Part shown: positions 12,736-22,865 of the stretch, piece by piece | Position numbering within the stretch: the first letter of the stretch is position 1 | Layout of the letters: the number at the start of each line of letters is the position of its first letter | Assembly (NCBI RefSeq): GCF_016433145.1 | Contig: NC_058134.1 | Location: forward strand, 64,065,387-64,129,386 | From: Gracilinanus agilis | Taxonomy: Eukaryota | Direction: 5' to 3' | DNA: 64,000 nt | Position numbers and translations under genes: made by a program | Notes under the pieces: generated by a model | What the model saw: the letters and a program-made list of their open reading frames with translations, nothing else | Database searches by the model: none | Told to the model about the DNA's origin: nothing

Positions 12736-12812
12736 AGATGAACAAGAAAGGAAAACATCTTTGAAGTCCTGTTTTTTAGAACTTCAAAGATGTTTTCCTT
12801 TCTTGTGCATCT
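12736..12812. repeat. Inverted repeat / hairpin, 26-bp perfect stem
   Basis: 12742-12767 acaagaaaggaaaacatctttgaagt is the exact reverse complement of 12781-12806; 13-nt loop; five more pairs after one mismatch. Confidence 0.95.
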
Positions 12813-14279
12813 CCTCTAAATTGGTTTAGAATAAAATATAAATCAAGCCAGCTCTGTGAATCTTCCATTAGACAGTACTTCATTATGTCCCCTTGGCCTT
12901 GAACAGATTGGGTTTTCCAGCACTGCAGCTAATGTGGGCTGCATTAGGACTTGGGGAAGGCCAGACCCCTGCCATCAAAGGATGAATGGAGATTAGGATT
13001 GATTTTTTCTTCATTCTCATTGATGGGCAGGCCCCTGCCTGGATTCATTTACCCCATCAGTGACTTGTGAGAAATGATCTGAGATGGCAGTCAGCCCTAA
13101 AATGATGTGAGGTAATTGAGGCTAAATAGGTTAATTTTTACACAATTTGCAAGTCACATTTCCACAGTGCCATTGACATTGGTTATCCCAGAGACCTAAG
13201 GTCTCATAAAGAAGAAGAAACGTGTCCTGAGCACCAGAACAGGCCTAGATTAAAAAAATGCCAATGAGATGTGCATATTCCCAGGTGTTGCATTATAGCA
13301 GGAGCCTACTTATGAGAGAGGAAGGAAAATAAAGAATACGGTCAACAGATTTTTAAAAGGCTTGACTTGCTACTGTGTGTTAATGAGATGATTTTATTTT
13401 ATTTTATTTGTTTTAACAACTTCCATGGGCATGAAAAAGAAAAGTAAGTTAAGGACTCTTTCCTTGAATGGGTTATCAGTTTAACTCTGTGGGCAGAGCT
13501 AGAACTAAGTGTAGTTAAGGTTGGCAGCACAGCACATCGAGGGGGCAAAGAGGAGTAATAAGGGGAAAATTTGTAAAAGTATATGTTTTTATTGGCAGAA
13601 AACTACCTTTCCTCTCTATTTTATGGTAAATTGTGGAAGTTCAAAGTCTCTATAGTTTTCTAAATTTATTTGCCTTGGCTGGCTTTGTTTGTGTGCCTAT
13701 TTTTTTTTCTGGATGCCTCATTTCCTTTATCTGTAAAGTAGAGAACCTATTTTTTGTTTGTTACTCCTACTCAGACCATTCCCTCCAAACAAGTAGGGCT
13801 ACTCACTATCCCTTGTACCCAACCTGCCCATTCCATTTTCACTCACTGTCTTTGGATACTTGGCCACATTGTTCCCCTCTTTCCTCTCCAAATCCCCTCT
13901 CCTTTCTTCCACTCATCTAAATCATACTCATTTTTTAAACCCCAGCTCAAGTCCAACCACATTCCTGCAACTTTAGGTTACTCTGTTCCTGAACTCCAGA
14001 AACTCAGCACTTAATTGTTCTCAAGTTATTCCCTCTTGTTGTTTAATTCAACTCCAATCAGATTGTGGAGGGATTCTATATAAAGGTATGATTGCTGAAT
14101 TCAGAGTCAGAGGACCTAGATTTGGGTCTCAGTTCTGCAAGTATAACAGTGTGTCCATAGGCAAGTCATTCTTTGAACCTATTTCCTCATCTGTGAAATG
14201 AAAGATTTAGATTATATTAAAGCTCTTTAACAGCTTTAAATTTATGATTCTTAAAGTTTAAGAACTATCTATGTTTCCT

Positions 14280-14660
14280 AATTCACTGTTGATGAAGTCG
14301 CGATCTGATATTCATTTTGGAGAATAATTTGGAACTATTCTCAAAGGGCTCTTAAACAGTGTATGTCCTTTGACCCAATAATAGTGCCACTAGCTCTATA
14401 TTCCAAAGAGATTCCCCCCAAAAGAGGGGAAAGGACATATTTGTACAAAAAATATATATTGCGCCTATTTTTGTGGCAGCAAAGAATTAGAAATTGAGGG
14501 GTTGTCCATCAACTGAAGAATGGTTAAGCAAGCCTTGGTATATGATTATAATAGAATATTATTATTTTGCTATAAGAAATGATAAGCTGGATGATTTTGA
14601 AAAAAACCTAGGAGTTACATGAACTGATACAAAGTAAAGAGAGCAGAACTAGAAGAACAT
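14280..14660 (+). mobile_element. L1 ORF2 C-terminal/3' remnant
   Basis: gcaaagaattagaaattgaggggttgtccatcaactgaagaatggttaagc-type L1 block, also seen at 39510 and 51080. Confidence 0.8.
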
Positions 14661-14706
14661 TGTACATCATTCAGTTCAGGTAAGTCCTCAGACTACAATA
14701 TGTCCA

Positions 14707-14710
14707 ACTA

Positions 14711-14760
<50 letters not shown>
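14707..14760. repeat. (TG)n microsatellite
   Basis: Pure TG run. Confidence 0.95.
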
Positions 14761-14761
<1 letters not shown>

Positions 14762-14959
14762 TCCATACCTTCTGTCTTTGAATCAATGTTGTATATTGGT
14801 TCTAAGTCAGAAGAGCTGGAAGGGTAGGCAATGAGGGTTTTGACTTTCCCAGGGTCACACAGCTAGGAAGTGTCCAAGGCCAGATTCAAACCCAGCAAAT
14901 TATTCAAGAAAGTATTCCAGATGTGTTAGAAACATAGGGCAAAATATATAGACATATAC

Positions 14960-15420
14960 ATACATACATACACACACATAATACAGACTCTCCTTAGATC
15001 AAGAGAAAGAAAACTCAGAACCATCATTGTCAAGCTTCATTAATCTAATATTAAACAAACAAATAAAAAATCTTGTAAACAGTCAAGGAGTATCCTTTCA
15101 TATACCTAGAGAAAAGTCAGAATCACTGAAGGCTATTATTCCTTCTACGCAAGATAGAAAAGAAAAACATTAAAATGCAATATTTTAAAAAGCAAAGGAA
15201 ATCAGTTTTTACCCTAGAATAACATATCCTTCAAAGTTGTTCTTAACCATAAATACAAAAGCATGAAATATCAGCAAAAAGGGAAAAAAATTAAGTTTAT
15301 TCTTCTGAAGAACCCAAAGATTAGCAAGGCATTTGATATAAATGACCACATAGGCAAGAAAAAACAAACTAGTTAAGTAAATCTTCACTTGCTTCCTAGG
15401 CTATTAAGAGAATAAGGAGA
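14960..15420 (+). mobile_element. Degraded L1 ORF1 remnant
   Basis: 15213-15239 translates PRITYPSKL, matching the conserved L1 ORF1p C-terminal PRIxYPAKL motif. Confidence 0.75.
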
Positions 15421-17507
15421 TAGCATTTATAGATGAACTTCAAAAAGGTTCTGCCACAGAGGGAAAAGGAAGAATTAAATGACTACCTATTCGATCTTCA
15501 TTTGTCAGTTAAAATTCCTTTGGTTAGAACTGCACAGAAAATCCTTCAAATAATATGAAGAATGAAGAGGTATCCAGAAATATATGGTTTCCAACTTGGG
15601 CAGAAGAAGAGCCTTACAGGTCTCTCATTTTGAAAGACATCAGGGAAACTGGGAAAGAATAATGCTAGGGGGAAGAAGATATGTCAAATTCTCCAGATAG
15701 AAAGTGGAAAGCTGACAAGACTTCCAAGGTGAAATACACCAGAGACTTCACAGAAAATTCTGTCAAGAGATAGTGGGATTTGAGGGGCCTCTCTTCCCTA
15801 GAGATGCTTTGGGGGATTACATCCCACCCTCCAGAAAGGAAGACTCTAGGTGCATGGATCTTCCTGACAGAAAAGGAGGAAGAGGAGATTCACAGTGAGG
15901 ACTTAAGTCTCTCTTAAAAGTGATACTCGCCATGTCTTATGCAACTGTTTCTTTTCTTCATTATTTTGTTCCGACATAAGAGCTGGACATATTGTAGTCT
16001 GGGGACTTAGCTGAACTGGTTTATTATGAGAGATGAAAATAATGCCTCATTTTCATGAAGCTGTAGTTAAACATAAGAAAGTCACTGGGAACAGTGTAGA
16101 TGCCCCTTTGGAAAACCTCATAAGGAAAAGGTCCAGTTACATCATTGCAGTATAGAGGTATGACTCTGAATGCTTAACAGAATGACAACTGAATAAAGGC
16201 TCTGCCAAGCTGGAAGAACTCTAAGCCCAATGAAAGACTGAGGTAGATAAAGCAGGAAGAGCCAGATTCAAATCCTGCCTCAGCCATTTACTACCTATGT
16301 GATTCTGTACTAGTCCCTTAGCCTCTACATGCTGTGGTTTCTTCATCTTTTAAGATGAAAGGATTGAACATAATGGCCTCAAAGCCCTTTTCAGCTCTAA
16401 ATGTTATCCTACAATGTTTTGATTGTTACTTAAGGAGTAGTCTAGCTAAATTTGGAGATGATCTTTGCAAGGCTGACTAAAGAATGACAAATATATAATA
16501 GATATACATATATATTCATTGATATATATCAATTCATAAAAATCATCTGAGTCATAGAGGAATTGCAATCTGCATTTGTAAAGAGAGTATCAACACAAAC
16601 TAAATCATGGCTCCGTTAAGCTCTGGAACATTTATATCCTTTCTCCTTTGTATGTTCTCATAATCCTTTGATTTACTTTCCATAATCAGACACTACTACA
16701 AGATTTGAGATTTAGAACTGGGAGGGACCTGAGAGAACATCTAGTTCAACCACCTCATTTAATAAATGAGAAAACTGAGACCCAAAGAAGTTAAGATTAC
16801 TCAGGTTGTTAAGTGGAAAAGCCAAGTCTCAAAGCCAAGTATTTTGACTCCAGATCCAGAATCCTTTCCATTTAGTGGCAGCCAAGTGTCTCAGTGATTA
16901 GAGCACTGGACCTGGAGTTTAGGAAGACCTGAGTTCAAATTAGCCTCAAAACACTTACCAGCTATGTGACTCTAGGCAAGCCACTTAAACCTCTTTTTGA
17001 CTCTATTTCTTGTCTGTAACATGGGGATAGTAAAAGTTCCTACCTCCCAGAGTTGTATATAAGTGCCATATAAATGTTAGCTATTATTGTTGTTGTCTCC
17101 CTCTAACAGCTCAGTAAGTTGAAGCTTCCATGTTAGTCACTGCTTCTCCATAGAAATAGAAAGTTGTTAGAAGAGCATTTGTTCACTCTTATTCAAGCCA
17201 AGCATTCTAACTTAATAGGGGAGATGAGAGGGATGTCCTGAGTGTGACAGTTCAAGACTTGTACTCCGCTATCACTCATCAACTAAGCTTATACTGTTAG
17301 GAAGGAAGCTATGGATAAAAGTCAGGATTGGAGGTCCTGGGTTCAAATCTGGATTCAGACATTTCCTAGTTGTGTGACTTGGGCAAGTCACTTGGTCCTC
17401 ATTGCCTAGACCTTACCACTTTTCTGCCTTGGAAGCAATACATTCATTCATTTTAAGATGGAAGCTAAGAGTTTAAAAAAAGAAAAGAAGAAGAAGAGAA
17501 CTACTTC

Positions 17508-17641
17508 TGTAACTTAAAGGATCTTAAGTGGGGTGAACTACCCCACAGAACGCCAAGAGAGAGGGGTAGTTAGGGCAGTTAAGAATGTGGGTATAAAAGC
17601 AGCAACCCAGGCTTGAGTGACTTAAGGTCCTTTAAGTTACA
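17508..17641. mobile_element. 134-bp foldback / MITE-like element with 22-bp terminal inverted repeats
   Basis: tgtaacttaaaggatcttaagt (17508-17529) versus acttaaggtcctttaagttaca (17620-17641), 21/22 complementary. Inner aactacccc/ggggtagtt repeat. No clean target duplication, so the class is uncertain. Confidence 0.55.
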
Positions 17642-18066
17642 CTTAAGAAGGTAGGCATGGTTGAAGGTGGGCATATGTAGACCAAGACAATTAGATACTC
17701 CAAAGCCAAATAGCCCTTTCATAGAAATTAGCTCAATATATATGGAGACTTTCTTCACTATATCATAGATTGAACAACTTAGATGAAAGAATCGGATGCT
17801 AGCTTGTATTTTTTCCTCTTGGGGTGGAAAAAAGCAATTTGAAAGATCAATTGTTGAAAATCCAAATTTTCAGTAGTCGAAATTAATTCCACAGACTTTT
17901 TGTTAATGTATAATTTCTATTTTTATTTAAATTTAAAGTTTTTCCCTTTTGCTAAATAGGAGCTTGTTTGACAAAAATTTTTTTGAGTGTGTAGTTTTGG
18001 TGTTATTGGAAATTGGCTTTCTTTAAAGTATCTAATTTGCAAAGTCTAGGAAAAGTATTTCTCAAT

Positions 18067-18261
18067 NNNNNNNNNNNNNNNNNNNNNNNNNNNNNNNNNN
18101 NNNNNNNNNNNNNNNNNNNNNNNNNNNNNNNNNNNNNNNNNNNNNNNNNNNNNNNNNNNNNNNNNNNNNNNNNNNNNNNNNNNNNNNNNNNNNNNNNNNN
18201 NNNNNNNNNNNNNNNNNNNNNNNNNNNNNNNNNNNNNNNNNNNNNNNNNNNNNNNNNNNNN
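18067..18261. other. Assembly gap (195 N); candidate location of MSRB2 exon 4
   Basis: Only gap between MSRB2 exons 3 and 5. Confidence 0.95.
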
Positions 18262-18314
18262 ATCAAAAGAAGATGGAGAAAAATGCGTTCACCAAATTTC
18301 CATTAAACTAAACC

Positions 18315-18976
18315 TGTAAGAAAGTTGACTGCAGAGATACACACATTAAAAAGGCAAGTGAAAAAGTGGCCCCCCCCTTTTTGTTCAAGGAAAAGAGGAA
18401 GAGATGCAATTCAAAGTTTGCTTAGATTTAAGAAGCAGCCTGACACAGTCTCAGCCTTGATATCTTTTGTCTATGTTTCTCTCTCCGTCCACTCTGTAGG
18501 CAAATTTCCAGGCTGGGCTAGAATTCAACTCAAGATGTCCCACTTGCCCATGATCAACATAAAAATTGGCCTGAACCATGACAACAGGCTTTAAATAAAT
18601 GAACTGTCTATCTAACCCTAATAGTAAGAACTAATCACCCTGCCCTCTTTTCCTGATCCCATCCTGAACAAGAAGTGCTTGACATTCCAGACTCATTTGT
18701 AAGACTGCAATTATTAGCTTGAACATTGAGTGCCTTCTTTGGCAGCTCCCATTCGCCCAACTTCATGTCTGGGAATTCTTAATTTATGTGTAAGCTTAGG
18801 GGACAGTAATGAGCGGCCAAGGAGGCTCTAGAGTCTTGCTTCATAGAGTTGTGTAACGGCTTTCCCGTTCCATAAGCAACCTTTCTAGGTGCACATATGA
18901 AAATCTGTTTTGCCTTCAGTAAATGTTATGTAGAAACTCTCCTTGAATTATCTTGGGGTCATTAAATGTATTTCAC
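18315..18976 (+). mobile_element. Possible solo LTR
   Basis: TG start and ATTAAA...tttcaCA end with LTR-like composition; no target duplication or PBS found. Confidence 0.3.
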
Positions 18977-19764
18977 AATTTTAAAAAAAGGTCTCCTTAA
19001 AATAGATGTGCCTGGAAAGTGTTCCATCTCTTTGGTTTCACATCATCCTGGTCTGATATGTGGGATAGGCAAGTTAAATCAAGTATTGCTTTAAACCCTG
19101 TTGTGAATTCCATATTACTGAAAGTTTTTCTGAGATGTGAGTTTTACCATTTACCACAAGGTGTCACTCTGTATCGATTTGGGGGAGTAGGGAGTTGCCA
19201 GGATTTGAAATTTAAAATAAATAAATTAGGAATAAATCAGGGTAGGTCCAGGATACTCTTACCTCTTACTTTGTGTTAAAGTTTTCCAATCTCTTAAATG
19301 TAGGTACTGACCTTTCTAAATAGTCTTAACTTTTAAAGCCTCCTAAATCCTGTTATTTATGTTTGTTCCAGTCAGGCCTATCCCATTAGGGCATATATCC
19401 AGATTCTGTTAATTATGTCTACAAAGGACTTATTCCCATAAAACTGTTAACTTTAGAAAATTTGGCTTTTTATTGTTGTCTTGAAATTAAGAATTATTTG
19501 CAACTGTTTCTCTCTAGTTCTCAAGCCTTAATGATGAGTATGATTTATCATTTATGAAACCATAGTTTAATAAGACAGATTTTCTTAGTAAATATCAACA
19601 AACATGAGCCAATATAGAATATCTGGGAAAGAGCATGATAAAAAGGATACCTCCTGAGCCTTTTTTTAAAGACCAGAAAGGATTGGATGAATAATAATAG
19701 TTCTTGTTTTAATAATTAGTAGGCATAAAGACGAAGGGAAGGGAAGAGGGAAGGAAGTAGGGAG

Positions 19765-19830
19765 GAAAGAAAGGAAAGGAAGGAAGGAAGGAAGGAAGGA
19801 AGGAAGGAAGGAAGGAAGGAAGGAAAGAAN
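19765..19830. repeat. (GGAA)n microsatellite
   Basis: GGAA tetranucleotide run. Confidence 0.95.
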
Positions 19831-21055
19831 CAGAAAAGAAATCAGAACCTAGATCTTCCTGCTTACGAGCTTGACTTGCCATCCCTGGCCACTGGCCACT
19901 GGCCATGTCCATTGCCACCTTGAAGGATGTCATGTCGTTAGGCACCTTGAAAGTCCAAAAAGAAAATATTAAAAGTAATTGAACTGAGAAAAGGAGTACG
20001 GTCCAATTTAAAATAATATATTGAGGGTAACTAGGTGGGATGGTGGATAGAATGTCAAGCCAAGAGTTGGGAGGACCTGGATTCAAATCTGGATTTAAGA
20101 CACTTCCTAGTTCTATGTGAACCTGGGTGAGTCCCTTAACCCAGATTGCCTCGCCCTTGCTACTCTTCTGTGTTAAAATTCATACTAAGATAGACGGTAG
20201 GGTTAAATATATATATTTATATATTTATTTATTTATATGTTATGAATAATTTATATATTTATATATGTATGTTATGAATAAATATATAAATAATATGCTA
20301 TTTATATAATATATACTGAAGAACTCAGGGGGTCACAGCTGGAGAGACATTAGAGATAGGGCTCAGTTAGTGAACTTTAAGTACCTTCTATGTGCCAGCC
20401 AGGTACCGTGCTACAAAGATGGGCAGAAGACAACTCCTGCTCTCAGGAGCTCACAGTGTCATTTAGGTCATCTGGTTCAAATCCCATCTTGGACAGAAAG
20501 GGAGGCTGAGGCAGTTAGCGCCATACCTCCAGTGCCTGGCCCATAGTGAATGCTACCTGGCGTGAGACCAAAAGAAGTCACACAGGTGACCGCCGACCGG
20601 CAGGCAGAGCCAAGATTTAAATTCAGTTGCTATGACTACACATGTACCGATCTCTCTCTCTCTCCTGAGCCATTCTGTGTGAATAGGTTCCTGTGCTGTG
20701 GCCGGTTGTTGAACCTTTTTTAAGGCGCAGAGCTGCCATTTGAAACTTTTTTGGAGGGGGTTCTGGGAATTGGGAGATTGTAGTATTTAGCATGGTGGCT
20801 GGAGGGCTGAGCTTAGAATAAGAACAAGATTCAACTCTTACCTCGCTAGGTGTGTGACCCTGAACCTTCCTGCATTTTTCAAGGCTTCCGTTTCAGTCTG
20901 CACTGATGGAAAGGAGCTTCCCAAAGGGAAAGCCTGGAGGGACGATGTTTACTCTTTAGGAGCACTTTAGGTACCAAGTTGCATTGAAGAGAGAGCTAGA
21001 CTTGGAGTTAAAAGGACCTATGTATGTGCCAAGTCATCACTGTGTTCCTCTAAAT

Positions 21056-21237
21056 CAGTGATTCCCAAAGTGGGCGCCGCTGCCCCCTGGTGGGTGCTGC
21101 AGCAATCCAGCGGGGCAGTGATGACCACAGGTGCATTTATCTTTCCTATTAATTGCTATTAAAAATAATTTCCAGGGGGCTAAGTAATATTTTTTCTGGA
21201 AAGGGGGCGGTAGGCCAAAAAAGTTTGGGAAACACTG
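21056..21237 (+). mobile_element. Non-autonomous hAT (Charlie-type) element, family A
   Basis: Termini CAGTGATTCCCAAA...TTTGGGAAACACTG; perfect 8-bp target duplication CTCTAAAT (21048-21055 and 21238-21245). Confidence 0.93.
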
Positions 21238-21390
21238 CTCTAAATCCATCCTGCTTTAGGGAATTCACTTCATGTCTGTGAGCTTCATTTTATTTACTGA
21301 GGATGGTGGTGACGGTGACGATGATGGTAACGGTGTTACCTCATCCAGACACTTTGCTAAGATTTACTAAAAACTAAAATACTGGGGGTG

Positions 21391-21603
21391 GGGGACAGCT
21401 GGGTGACTCAGTGGATTGAGAGCCAAGCCTAGAAATGGGAGGTCCTGGGTTCAAATCTGGCCTCATACACTTCCTAGCTGTGTGACCCTGGGCAAGTCAC
21501 TTAACCCCCATTGCCTAGCCCTTACCACTCTTCTGCCTTAGAACCAATACACATTATTGATTCTAAGATGGAAGGTTTATAAAATAAATAAAAATAAAAA
21601 AAT
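21391..21603 (+). mobile_element. Full-length SINE1_Mdo-type SINE with A-rich tail
   Basis: ggggacagctgggtgactcagtgg...gggttcaaatctggcc (A/B-box head), CORE region and tail; flanking duplication aaaatactgggg. Confidence 0.92.
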
Positions 21604-22294
21604 AAAATACTGGGGTGGTACCAGATACTCTATAAGGTCCCTTCGAACTCTCTATCTTATAAGTTAATTTTCCCACCATTCTTCAAAAGCCAAACATTTT
21701 TCTATGACAAAAATGCACAAATATTTATAGCAATTATAATGAGCAATCTTTACCACAAAAAATATTTGCAATAATGCCGTTCCCTCCCCTCATTGCAGAG
21801 CCAGAGGGCCACGTGTGTGGAATATTGCCAAGACTGTCAGACAGAGTTGGTGTGTCAGTCACTATTGTTGAACTGCTTTTTTCCTCTTTTTTCCATCTTT
21901 GTTCCAAGGGATGACTCACTTGCTAGGAGAAATAATTCCTACAAAGAGCTGACTGTCACATTTTCAGGAAGAGCACTTACCCCTTAGAAATCAGCAAATG
22001 CTACAAATCGGGGCTTGATTTATTGTTTTGTTGAGTATCTAGACTTAAAGAAGTGATGGAGAAATTGTTCGTGATGCAGACCAGAAGGGTTTTAGTGTTC
22101 ACAGAGCCTCCTTGCTAAGCATTTACCAAGCACACTACTGTGGGGGCAAATATATTTGGAAACAAAGGTGATATAACAACAAAAGAAATCAGTAAACGTT
22201 TGCTTAGAAACCACTGATGCGGGGCAGTTCTGTGGCTCAGTGGATCGAGCTTCTGATTTGGAGTTGGGAAAAGCTGGGTTCAAATCTGGCACTC

Positions 22295-22496
22295 TTTTTT
22301 TTTTAACCCTTACCTTCCATCTTAGAATCAATACTGTGTATTGGCTCCAAGGCAGAAGAGCAGTAAGGGTAGGCAATGAGGGTCAAGTGACTTGCCCAGG
22401 GTCACACAGCTGGGAAGTGTCTGAGGCCAGATTTAAACCCAGGACCTCCTGTCTCTAGGCCTGGCTCTCAATCCACTGAGCTACCCAGCTGCCCCC
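22295..22496 (-). mobile_element. Young SINE1_Mdo-type SINE, antisense, nested in an older SINE
   Basis: Full reverse-complement copy; duplication aaatctggcactctt on both sides; host SINE halves at ~22221-22294 and ~22500-22660. Confidence 0.92.
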
Positions 22497-22760
22497 ATAA
22501 ATCTGGCACTCTTATGAAGAACTTTTCCAAAATGCTTCACACCTATTTCCCTCTTACACCATGGACACTTCCTAGCTCTTTGACTCTGGGCAAGTCACTT
22601 AAGCCCAGCTCCCTAAACTTTGCCCTGCTTAGAGTTGTTGCTAAAACAGAAGGTAAGGTTGTTGGGGGGGGGTTAATTTTAAAAAAATTGACATGTTTTT
22701 ATCCGAATGTAAACGTTAGAGCACATTTCCCATTACTAATGATGAGATTTTTCTTGGCAG

Positions 22761-22865
22761 TGTGAAGCTCACTTGGGCCATGTATTTCCAGATGGGCCTG
22801 AACCAACTGGACAGAGATTCTGCATCAACAGCGTGGCACTGACATTTAAACCAAGCTCAAAATGA
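22761..22865 (+). CDS. MSRB2: MSRB2 terminal coding exon 5 (catalytic Cys)
   Basis: tttttcttggcag|TGT GAA GCT gives [34 protein letters not shown] then TGA (22863-22865); MsrB HLGHVF and RFCINS motifs. Confidence 0.97.
   Translation, partial: CEAHLGHVFPDGPEPTGQRFCINSVALTFKPSSK

Noticed and set aside
20761-20784. ZNF143/SBS-like ACTACAATCTCCCA motif on the minus strand
   Set aside because: Spacing is off by one base and there is no promoter context.
21391-21470. A/B-box tRNA-like heads
   Set aside because: They belong to tRNA-derived SINEs; no cloverleaf tRNA gene.
21799-21860. cattgcag|...TELVCQ resembling the end of MSRB2 exon 4 (TEVVCK)
   Set aside because: No GTGWPSF upstream, wrong length, and no GT donor after it.
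22821-22865. Possible selenoprotein (MsrB family includes selenoprotein MSRB1)
   Set aside because: The catalytic residue is encoded by TGC (Cys); the TGA follows the full C-terminus.
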